Positions 53,112 to 64,000 of a DNA stretch of 64,000 nt are shown piece by piece. Below the pieces are notes generated by a model that was given only the letters and a program-made list of their open reading frames with translations, made no database searches and was not told the origin of the DNA. The translations under genes were made by a program, and so were the position numbers. Numbering within the stretch: position 1 is the stretch's first letter; each line of letters opens with the position of its first letter. The DNA is from Lytechinus pictus (taxonomy: Eukaryota): positions 37,388,001-37,452,000 of the forward strand of contig NC_087245.1 in assembly GCF_037042905.1 (NCBI RefSeq). Direction: 5' to 3'.

Positions 53112-53760
53112 ATTCATTTCATTTCATTTCATTTCATTAATGGTTTATTCAATAGACATGTATCGCAGTAAAAAACTGAATTACACATGCTTTACAGGGT
53201 ATCAATTAAAAATACATGGTAAAAAATACAGAGACAATTAAAATTATTCACATACATTTGCACAGTAAGTTATTGATAAAGATGAATGAATAAAAGGAGA
53301 ATGCATATGATAGATTGATAAAATCATTCATAATAAAACTGTTAAAAGCACAATAAGTCAATGGTGATTAAAGAGATTTCACAATTTCTAAGCATGTATA
53401 TACATGTATATCAAACGTTTAAAGAATTTTCAAATTATTTCAGTTATGATTTGTAATATTTGTTAAGCACACGTACAAGATTAGGGAGGGCACTGTTTTT
53501 AAATCTGTTTGTCTTGTATTTGAATTCTGTATATTTGTTTGCATTTCGAAGAAAATTATTATTTCTTTGAGGAGGTAACCAAGACTGACATAAGTTATTT
53601 TTTTCAAAACAAATAGCAAAATCTTGAGTAAGTTTTTCTCTTCGGGACAATAGAGTTGGTAATCCTAGCTCAACCAATGCATCATCATATGAACTGTATT
53701 TAGATGATCCAAGAATAGATCGACAAGCTCTTTTTTGTATAGATTCCAAATCATTAATCA
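53112..53760 (-). mobile_element. 5'-truncated CR1-group LINE 3' fragment
   Basis: ORF 53444-53779 reads LESIQKRACRSILG..Y..AL..LGLPTL..RR..KTNRFKNSALP, a typical RT C-terminus. It is followed by a 3' UTR, AATAAA and a (GAAAT)n tail at ~53114-53138. Confidence 0.85.
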
Positions 53761-54444
53761 TGCTCGTTTCAAGAAGCAAACCAGCAATTAATTGCTAATT
53801 TTGCAATTGATCATAATTATGATATATTGTTACACCCTAAATAAATAAAGCAATTAATCGTAAGTTTCTTGTAATGCCACAAAGGATGTATTATACACCT
53901 CTTAAAGATTCTAGAATAAGGGAATATTGTGAACAAGATTTTGTTTAAAATGTCCAATTCAAAGTGTGTATGGGAGGAACATGGTACAATTCTTGAAAAC
54001 CTTTTCAACCAAAAAATTCAATTGAATACATTGGAAGTCACTCAGCAATGTTACAAATATTTCTCACTATATTAATGAATAGGAATGTGAAACAGCCGTT
54101 GGATGTATAAGCAATTGGTAATATTTTCAAACATTGGCTCAGATTTTAATTCTTGATTATTAAGGGTTATGTTAATATTACAGATCAAGACATTCAGACT
54201 GGTCTTGTTAATCTGTAACTTGCATCTGTACACATTTTAAAGAACAAAATCAATTCTCATCCCAATATGACAAAGAAATATATATAAACCTGTTACCATA
54301 ACTGAAAGTTGTAAACACGGTGATATTGTGTCCAAAAATTGTTCAGATTAAAGATTACTTTTCATTACGTGATATTGATCATGTAATGTGTATGTAGACC
54401 TTCATGTACAGTGTAGATAACAACTGGTATTAATTTCTTTTAAT

Positions 54445-54547
54445 GGTATTGCCAAGCCAGCAGCTGCGGCAGGAAAATGATTTTCATTTTTAGGAGCTAT
54501 GTTTTTTTCCACATTGTAGCTACTAGCTATTGCTTTTTATTTGGGGC

Positions 54548-54580
<33 letters not shown>

Positions 54581-57500
54581 GGTCGCCTTACAGGCTGACA
54601 CATAAGGATTTTTTGCTCTCCAAGTTACATTGTTTATTTATACTGTTTGTGGTGTTTCACCTTATATATATTGTATTAGGTTTATTTCCTATGTCTGTAG
54701 ATGCTGTAAGACAACTTTTGTGGAATTTGATGCAAAGGATTGTGAGTAAATAGTGCTTCTAATTTCATGTAAGTTTTGGATTCGATGTTGTAGTAGCCAT
54801 TTCACACTGTTCAAGACTCTGTATGTATAAACCCTATTGCTATTGATGATCATTCAGCTATGTAACTGATCATATTGTATTTAGAAAGTGAAAAGCATTT
54901 GGGTGATCTAGTACAATGTACTTGCACGTACTTAGGTTGTGTTTTGGGGTATTGCTTTTATCTTTTGTAAGGCAACAACCCTTTGAATTAAGTAATTCTG
55001 GTATTCAACCAGAACTAGTCTTTGGCCTACAAAGTGGCCTTCTGGTAAATTCACCTTATGTATCATGTATAAAATCTTATAGGGCATATGCAAAATCCAG
55101 GGTTGCTTATTATCGTAATTCCAGTGCCACTTTTCAATGTAGATTGTTAGTCTCTGGTGACATCAATCCTAACCCTGGACCATCAATTCATCATAAAGAT
55201 GACAGTGGAGATGGACGCTTAGTGTACGATCGTTCTTCTTTGCTACTCTGTAATCCTGTTTGGAGTCATCTATCTCTTGAAGCAATTGAATCTGGCTTGG
55301 ACATCCTTCGAGACAAGTTAGGAAAAAGTAATAGAGGAGTAATTCCAGAGACAGTATGGAGAACTCTGTCCGATCTCGACATCAGGGCACACCAACGGGG
55401 AAAGAGATGCGGTCAGAGGAAGCAGAGGAATATCAGAGTTGTTACCACCAACCGCCTTAACGGAGGTAGGACTTATTCAGTGCAGACCAGAGCCAATCTC
55501 GTGAATCTTCGTTGCTTGACTTTGGCAGATCCAACTCCTTCAACCTCCCGTACGTCACTTCATCTCTGGAATGCTAGGTCAGTGCGCAACAAGACAGTTG
55601 AAATTTATGATTATTGTATTGAAAATGATGTTGATTTATTTGCCATAACAGAGACTTGGTTGTTGGAGGATGATCCTACTATCATCCAAGAACTTAAACC
55701 TCCAGGATATATCTTCCTCAACATCGCTCGTCATGGAGATCCACACGGAGGAATTGGGATTCTCTATAAAGAAACAATGGACTTCAAACTTCAAAGGAAC
55801 TCAAATGTTTCCTCAACAACATTTGAATTTGCCCATGTTTTTAGTGCAAGTAAACGTCTTCATATTGTAGCTGTCTATAGGCCACCGCCATCTACAACTA
55901 ACGCTTTCACGATGAATGCATTCCTGGCTGAGATTGATGAGTTTTTTGGTCAGCTTTCCTTACTGAATGGACATGTGATTATTCTCGGTGATTTCAACAT
56001 GCACATCGATCAGCCTTCTCTACCTGCATGTCGACAGTTCCTGAGTTCTATGGAGGCTTCAGGATTTCAGCAGCATGTGACTTCGGCGACACACAACCGA
56101 GGACATACATTGGACTTAGTAATCTCAAGAACATCTGACGATGTTCTTGAACAATTGACCGTTGTCGACAAAGGCATGTCGGACCACTATGTTGTTAAGT
56201 GTAATCTCAGCTTTGCAAAGAATAAATCACAAAAGATGCTCATAAAGTCCAGGAACTATCGTCAAATAGATGAAGATACATTTGCCTCGGAGCTTAAAAT
56301 GGCACTACAAGGTCCATGTATCCTTGGGGACGATAGTGTAGACGATCAGGTGAAACATTACAATCAGTCTGTTAATAATGTCTTGGATCAGCATTGTCCT
56401 GTTTCAGTTAGGGTTAGGAAAATGAGACCATGTGGTCCTTGGTATAACGATCGCATCCATTCACTAAGGAGGGAACGAAGGAAATTAGAAAGAAAATGGA
56501 TGAAGTCCAAATCTGAAAGTGATCATGAAGCTTATCTAAAACAGAAGAACATATTTAACTTAACATTGTTACGAGCAAAGAGTAGGCATTTCAATAATCA
56601 GTTGTTAGAGGCCGACTCAAAATCTATGTATGCTACTATTAATTCTTTACTTGGAAACTCACAGAAGATTCTTCCATTTTCTTTCAACCATAAACAGCTT
56701 GCAAATAGTTTTGTACAGTTTTTCAGTGAAAAGGTATCCAAAATTCGTTGTTCTCTTGATGAGCAAGCTATGAACATGACGGATCGCTCGCATGTTACAT
56801 TACTAAACCATCATGACCATACTCAAGGTGGTAATTTTTCAGATTTTACTCAAGTGAGTGAAACAGATGTGAGGAAGATGGTTTCTAATTCAGCTAATAA
56901 ATCATGTACACTTGACCCGATGCCAACCTGGCTTGTCAAACGTAATCTAGATGTTCTTCTGCCTTCTGTCACGAAAATTATTAATTGCTCATTGCAGTCT
57001 GGTCAGTTTCCTTCCGAATTTAAGGAAGCTATTATTGCCCCTCTTTTGAAAAAACGTACCCTAGATGCCGCTGAATTTAGTAATTACAGACCTGTCTCTA
57101 ACCTTGCATATGTCTCTAAACTTATTGAGACAGTCGTTTCAAACCAACTAGTCTCGTATTTAGATATGTATGATTTCCAAGAGACGTTTCAATCTGCATA
57201 TAGGTGTAATCATAGTACTGAAACTGCTTTGTTGCGCATGAAGTATGACTTCCATAAGGCATTCCTAAGTAAACATGGTGTTGTACTTGTCCTGCTTGAT
57301 CTAAAGTCCGCGTTTGATACAGTTGACCACAACATTCTGTTGGATAGATTGTTCTCCGATTTTTCTATCTCTGGGACGGCGCTGCAATGGTTTCGGTCGT
57401 ACCTTACCGATCGACATTTCAGTGTTTGTATTGGAAATGAAAGGTCGGATAAGTATCCATTGGAATTCGGCGTACCTCAAGGGTCCGTTCTCGGACCCCT

Positions 57501-58511
57501 GCTTTTCACTCTATATGTAAAACCACTTGGGAATATCATCAGGAATCACGATATTCAATTTCATATTTATGCTGATGATATTCAGATATATCATAGTTTT
57601 GATCCTAAGAATAGAGATAGTTTGCACTATGCAATATCAACAATTGAAAACTGCATTCATGATGTGAATCAGTGGATGGTGATGAACAAGTTGCAGTTAA
57701 ATGAATCAAAAACAGAGGCACTGTTACTTGTTTCTCCTAAACTTCGTCATCATCTTCCACACTCGTTATCACTATCACTGTCTGTTGGTAATACTGATAT
57801 TGTCCCCTCCAGTTTTGTTAAAACTCTTGGCATTTACATTGATTCCTCCTTATCCATGTCTTATCAAGTGACATCACTTTGCAAATCTCTTAATTTCCAC
57901 CTTTATAATATATGCAGAATACGAAAAATGCTCACCGATGAAGCTTGTAACCATGCTATCCGATCTCTCGTGCTTAGTAGGCTAGATTACTCAAATTCTC
58001 TATTGATCAATATCAATAAAACAGATCGAGAAAGGTTGCAGCGCATTCAAAATCGCGCCGCTAGGATTATCTTGAAAGCTCAGAAGTATGAGCGGGCAAC
58101 TCCTTTGTTAAAGCATTTGCACTGGTCACCAGTTGACAAAAGAATATCTTACAAAGTTGCACTGTTAGTTTTTAAGTGTATGCATAAAATGGCACCCGAA
58201 TACCTTTATAGTTTACTTAGATCCCCACACCGGCCACATTATAGACTTCGTTCTAGTGAAGACACTACAATTTTACAAATTCCTAGAGTTGTTTCAAAAG
58301 GGGGGGAAGCTAGTTTTGATTTTTGCGGTCCCAAATTATGGAATAGTTTACCAATTCACCTCCGATCATGTACTTCTGTTGAATTTTTTTAAAAAAATTT
58401 GAAAACATACCTATTTTTGTTGTAACTGTAATATTGGAGAGCAATTTGTACAAAGCGCATAGAGCAATTGAAATTGATTATGCGCTATATAAGAACCAAT
58501 TTATTATTATT
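54445..58511 (+). mobile_element. Near full-length L2-clade-like non-LTR retrotransposon (5' boundary approximate, no ORF1 visible)
   Basis: ORF2 as above. Short 3' UTR with stem AGCGCATA (58454-58461) / TATGCGCT (58479-58486) and a (TAT)n tail at 58501-58511, typical of L2-type ends. No clean TSD found. Confidence 0.88.
54916..58425 (+). CDS. LINE ORF2 (APE endonuclease + reverse transcriptase), L2/CR1 group, with N-terminal 2A-like motif and a premature TAA at 58390-58392
   Basis: Endonuclease motifs LWNARS, ITETWL, VYRPP, GDFN, HTLDLV, SDH. RT motifs NYRPVSNL, QSAYR..HSTETAL, LLDLKSAFDTVDH, GVPQGSVLGPLLF, YADD, KTLGI, SRLDYSN, KLWNSLP. The in-frame continuation KNLKTYLFLL* runs to 58425. 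Confidence 0.97.
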
Positions 58512-59046
58512 GTTAGTTCTTTGTGCAACATGAAATTATGCTGTAAAAGCATTTCTTATCATTCTTATGTAGGACATTGATTTTCTAAACTTTCTTTTAA
58601 CAAATTTGTGGCAGATCTTGGAGAGACTTTAGAAACAATAGTCACCCCAAAGCATTCAATTTCAGGATTTGTAGGGGCAAGTTGGTTGGACTGTCATGAG
58701 GGCTAAATTGCCTTTTGGCAATTTGCCCTCAAGTATTCCTATTGGTAAGAATCTGAAATGATGTCATGTATTCAAACATACTCTTCTCCATTCCTGGATC
58801 AACAAAAAAGTGATGCATTAGCAGAAGAGACAGGTACAATGTAGTTCATAGTGTTTCTTGATTTTTACATGATTTATAAAATCCTGATGAATGTTTATGA
58901 TTATACGCTTTGTTATTAGCATAAATTATACGATTGATGTACTCTTTATGAAATATTGGGAAATAATGGGAAATGATGATGGACAGTGAGTTTCTTTCAT
59001 AGTCACAAACTCTCAGTAACATCATCATTGTAGTAGGCCAGTTCAC

Positions 59047-59180
59047 TCCGCCCCCCCTTCCTCCTCCTCCCCTTCCTCCTCCTTTCCCACCTCTTCTCTC
59101 TCCTCCTCTTCTCCATTTTTTTCTATTCCTCTTTCTCACTATCATCGTCATCATCATCATCATTGCCACCATCAACAGCA
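59047..59180. repeat. Low-complexity (CCT)n / (CAT)n tract
   Basis: Directly visible in the sequence. Confidence 0.85.
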
Positions 59181-59349
59181 TGTAAAGACCAGTTGAGCAA
59201 CCCTATCACGTAACATACCTTTTTCTATAAATCCCTGCTCTTCTAAGACCCTCCTTGACTGCGTTGGCTCTGCTCCGAGCAGTGGCATGATCTGGAACCG
59301 CAGCGCAAAACATTTTGACTTGATTTTTTTTTTTTTAGTTCACCTCACT

Positions 59350-62150
59350 GAAACTAAGAATTCAATCCTCAGTCTAACCAGTTCTTTGGGGGAGTTTTGG
59401 AAATATTCAAGGCAGTTTTGAATACTGAGGAAACTTCAGCAGAAGATGGTATTTGTCAGAATTTGTCTTTAATGCTGCAGACGATATGTCCTTAAATAAT
59501 TGGTGTCAAATAGCTGCCAAGTATGAAAGATTTCACAGGCCTGGAGTATCAAGATTTGACAAGTTGAAGAAAGTCAGTGCAACCTCTTGGAGTTTATTTT
59601 TCCTTACTCTTTAGTTTCACAGTTGCTCATAACCAGATTCCATTACTAGTTGAAAAAATGTCAAATTGTATACCGTACTGTTATCACTTTCCAATTAAAA
59701 GATAGCGATTGAATATATCTTCATCTCTGAAGACAATGCCTTTATTTCCACTTGGAAGTGCTGGTGATCGAAACTTAACAGCTAAAGCACAGGTACAGCA
59801 TACAGTATCTCAAATATGACGAGAACAGTATGTATCCTTTTTGTATCTTCCTAAAAAAGTCAGTGATTTTTTTTTTTTAAACACAATCAAAGCCGCTATA
59901 ATCTTTATACACTTGCATGGATAGATGTAGCAAACAGTGAACTTCACAGGGTGAAAACTGATAACAGACTCCTTCCAAATTTCTCAGGTGTTTCCTCTCG
60001 AAAAATGCACCATCATATGAAATCTGCTGAATGAAGACCAATCCAGAAAGCACAACTGTACGAAGAACTCGGCACGTAGATTTTATGCCTCTCTTATTTT
60101 AGTATTTCTTGTATTAGTATGGTTGGTTACCTTTTTTTTTCCAAATTGATATTGTCTATCAGTAATTCTTTAGAGTACTTCAAGTTATCCTCTCAAGTTA
60201 TTTGAACTTCACGGTGATGAACAATTTTGGGTTTATCTAATTATGTACACAGTATACAAGAATTATACTTGTCCGTATGAGAAATAACTTGTAAAAGCAG
60301 GTGAATTTGATAGTAATTTCGCGAGATTAGCCTTGCATTGTTTTTCTAGATTTGTTCCAGCTATTTACAGGTGATGGTTGAGCAGAGGTGATCCTGTGTG
60401 TGGAGTTGTAATCGTTTCTCTTAACACCTCTAATATCAAGCAAGGTCTCGAGTCCTAGAAACGGCTTGCCGTCACGTCACCTGAACCCTTCAGCTTACGG
60501 CCTAGTTTCCTCCAGCAGACCAAACACAGATCACTTCTTGTTAATGATATTATATCTCCGTCTCTGCCTGCTTTCCAAAGATTCAGCAAATTCATTCGAA
60601 TCTCGTGAAGGAATCTGTCCACATTCAGTAATGAGTAGATGGCTAGTCATCGATTTCTGCTCAGAAACAACGTGTGACTCTCGTATTAGTGCTCCTCTCT
60701 GAAAATTTGTCTAATTTCCTTATTTGGCATGAAAGTCATAAAAAACATACATGTTGGCACTGTGAAGTTAATTTGATGAACCTAATTAGTTGATCTCTTG
60801 TGCATTACAAGCATTTTAGTCTACAAACTAGCAAAAAGAGTAAAGAGCAAAGATGGAAATGTACATGAAAATAAGCATTCATCTGTAATTACTACATATA
60901 GTCCATTTCAGGTCGTACTGGTAGGATCCTTTCAAATCTTCCAAGATGATTTAGAAGTAACAATGAAGAATATTTACAAATGTCAAGAACTGTTTCCGTT
61001 TAATATAAAATGACTTCCAAATATCAAGAATGAATTAAAGTAATCTCAAACCTCACATCCACCAGATTACTGAATGAAAATTTATGAAGCATCCGCCTGG
61101 CAACTCAAAAGTTGTGAAAATTTTGAAGGACTGGTGGAGGGTGAAAATTACAACGTGAGTGAGTAGAAGTGATGTCTTTTGCTTGATTAACGGTGACATA
61201 CTGCTGGTTTTTATGCCGCAAACGTTGGCTGATCTTCAAGTCGCTTTTAGAAGATGAGCGCGATGAAGATGTCAAAACTTATTGCAAATTAGAGGAGGAA
61301 CTGTCCACTTTTGATGACTGCTTACAGTGAGCAGGTGCATTGAGTTAGAAAGTAGAGAGAAAGTTTCTTGGGAGGAGAAATGAAATTAATATGAAAGAAC
61401 CTAAATATTTGATAGCCTCTTTGCCAGAATGCGATGTTCCTGATGACCCAACAGAAAAATAGTATCAAATGAAATAGAAAATAGAAACTGTGTTTCTGAT
61501 AAGAACTGATATTCCTGTGAACACAGCGTGTCACTTCCAAAAGTTACAAGATCAGAACAAGTGGCTTCTCCATTTCATGTCAAACTATTTCAGACATGAC
61601 AACCAAACTTCTTGTGCCTTCAGCTCATATTGACAGCACGTGAGAAAGTAAATGTAATGCAGATTTTTAAAGCCTAGAAGTAATTAGTAAGGGCAAGGTT
61701 CTGAAGACATTTCTCTTGTTGAAATCTTGCGGAGAATGAGAGACGACCGAGTTACCTCCAAGTCAAAAGAACTAATCATTTCATCCTTGAGAATTCAAAA
61801 CCTCCAAGCTCTTTCTCTCAAGCTCTTGTAAAGATGAGAGGCGATAAACTTTTGAAGAATGCGACACCTTGAAAGCCGATACCTGACTGGAAGTGGCCGT
61901 GATTGGTGAACTTGTACTGCGGTCAGAGAAGAAGACGTGCGGATAAGCCAGTAAAAAAGTCAAGACTGTCAGCCAGTGTACTGAAGTCACGAGTGGAGGA
62001 AAGTGCATTGTACATGCTACTGTCCCTGGTGTAGGTTGTTGTTCCTGCAGAGTAAGCTCTTATTAATCAAAGTCTGCAACTTTTCAAGGGTTCCTACAGA
62101 TACCAGGCATTTGATGCCAAAATTCAATGTGAGAAATGAAGTGTTGCAAG
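59350..62150. pseudogene. Possible decayed multi-DEATH-domain-like coding remnant
   Basis: Coding-like composition with broken frames. Fragments DWKW..VEESALYMLLS(W) (61886-62030 +), AADDMSLNNW (~59474-59503 +) and WRKLGRKL (~60491-60514 -). Confidence 0.2.
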
Positions 62151-63768
62151 CAGAGCAGATAATGTTGCCTCAAGTAACACTATTTCCATGATAATATTGA
62201 GAAAGAGATTCTGGAGATTAAAAGGATTAAAATATCTCAGACAATATTGACATAATCAAGTTCAGTTTGTAAGAGGTACTCCAGTAGCCATAGCTGATCT
62301 CATTTGAGCAGTGACTTGGAGAGGTGCATGAGCTTCAAAGCTCACGATCTACAGGTGCCCCCTCTACCAGAGAAATGGTTCTTATTAAAGAGGTGGTGAC
62401 GGCACTTGGAAATGATTGGGCAGTTGGTTGTGTGCGCATCGCTGTATAGTCATGATCGTGGTGATTGTGTGGTGCGGTTGGGAGGGGGGCGTGTCAGAGT
62501 GCCATGGGGGTGATAATGGGTGATGATCTGATGGAGGGATACAAGGAATGGGGGAGATGAGACGCTTATGGAAGGATGGAGGAAGAAGGAGAAATGAATA
62601 TTTGTTAAAGGGGGAAATGACTAGTCTACCACGAAATAGCTAAAGTTATCAAAGAGAATTGAGATTGGATGTATGAAGCTCTGATTGCACAACCAATCTT
62701 ATATTTTTAATATCAGCATCATGGCTCTGGCATTGGGGTGGCCTGTACTCTGTGTATTATTTCTTCAGGATCAGTCATCAGTGACTTTAAACTTTAAAGG
62801 AATCTATGCTATTGCTTGGCGAGGAAAACTGAATGAAAAGATATACTTTCAAGTCAACCAATGATGATAGATATTATAACAGGAAACATGGTTGATAGGT
62901 CATTTAAAGGTTAGGAGAATTGAATTACATGTTGAGAAGGGGTTGAGAAACATAGAAATGGATTATGTTTTTGTAGGAGGGTGGAAATGCCAATATTTGA
63001 AGAGGGGCCGGGTGCTGACAGGAGTTTTCGATCGTTGAGGGGTGGAAATCGATTTCAACATAACGGATGAAAGGAGTTAGAACTGAAATGAAAGACAACC
63101 AGATTATTCTCTGTGATAATTATGGGATGGAGCGCCGAGGGCATCCACATTTTTACAAATTGAGCGTATCATTTCATGTTTGGCTGACTTTCATAAAGGA
63201 AAGGTTGGATTGGATGTTGTAATGAGTTAGGTGAGAGAATTCTGTTATCTTTATCTAGTTTAATTGAATACAATTCCTGTTCTATTCCTTCAACTTCTTC
63301 TTTATTTTCATGCTAAACAGAGTATTCTGTTATTTAAAAAGGGGGAGGGGAGGGGGGAACTGGTTGCTATGACGTGTGTAGAAGCACCGAGCAATCTCTG
63401 CCCAACAAACACGTGGCAGTAATATCCTGATTCGGGTTAGAAAGCCTAGCTCCCTGGTGCTTCTCTTCCTCTCCGGGCGCAGGAACTTCTTGGACATCGT
63501 CCAACAATCCCAGGGCTACTAAAGTGAGGATCCATGAGGGGGGTGGGGGGTCAAGACAATTCAAATTCAAGATTATCTCTAATTAAAAGGATAAAGGAAG
63601 CCAGAGTGACCTCATTAAAAATCTGTCATTCGTGCATGATATTCATGAAACTGCTGGTTTTTGTGAATATACTTTCACGACTGGGGAATATGCAGAGTCA
63701 TGGTATGTTGTCAGGGGGTGGTAATCAAGCATTATTAATATTAAGTAGGTCATCACTTGAAGACATAC

Positions 63769-64000
63769 TGGCCCGTATTCTGAAGTCGGGTTTACCTCGG
63801 GCCATGGTCGAACTCCCTTCTAAAATTGTTGGAAGTCGAAAATGTAAAAAACTTGTTTTAAAGATTGTATGTTTCTCATGTTCACTGTGCTCTTTCACCA
63901 AGCTTTAGAAAACCAATTCACTTATTATTCTCAGACAGATATGAAAAATCTGAGTTACAGATTAGCTGATAAATCGAGCAGAAAATATTTTAATTTTCTC
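63769..64000. mobile_element. Left part of a Harbinger-like MITE running off the window
   Basis: CTG|GCCCGTATTCTGAAGTCGGGTTTA start, like the other GGCCCG-ended MITEs here. Confidence 0.45.

Noticed and set aside
53060..53820. TAATTTTGCAATTGAT on both sides of the CR1 fragment as a TSD
   Set aside because: The copies are tens of bases away from the element ends, so they are not a clean TSD.
58846..59181. Gly/Arg/Met-rich ORF
   Set aside because: It is a translation of the (CCT)n/(CAT)n low-complexity tract.
62950..63570. Possible exon or retroelement remnant near the window end
   Set aside because: There are no recognisable motifs or paired splice sites that I can support.

Overview
This is AT-rich animal genomic DNA. 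The repeat families and the style of the LINE suggest a marine invertebrate, probably an echinoderm such as a sea urchin (inference). Most of the window is intronic sequence of a minus-strand protein-coding gene. That gene has a ~1.85 kb coding exon (9203-11069) for a disordered Ser/acidic N-terminal region with two neurabin/spinophilin-like motifs, an in-frame upstream first exon (11636-11679), a frame-preserving 30-nt microexon (5138-5167), and a probable 5' UTR exon and promoter near 48.9-49.5 kb. The introns are packed with non-autonomous DNA transposons (TTAA Kolobok-type, PIF/Harbinger-type, hAT-type, Tc1-type, a P-like element with 31-bp TIRs, a Helentron/HINE-type element), a tRNA-derived SINE and several LINE 3' fragments. 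Four things stand out. (1) A near-intact single-ORF L2/CR1-group LINE (54916-58425) whose ORF starts with a signal-peptide-like segment and a 2A-like GDINPNPGP motif. (2) A 110-bp satellite array with higher-order structure, enclosed by inverted flanks (31.6-34.9 kb). (3) A SINE whose tail resembles the LINE tail. (4) A strong excess of the palindromes TACATGTA and TAGGCCTA, which look like transposon excision footprints. There is no CRISPR, rRNA or prokaryotic content. All calls are by eye, with no database searches.
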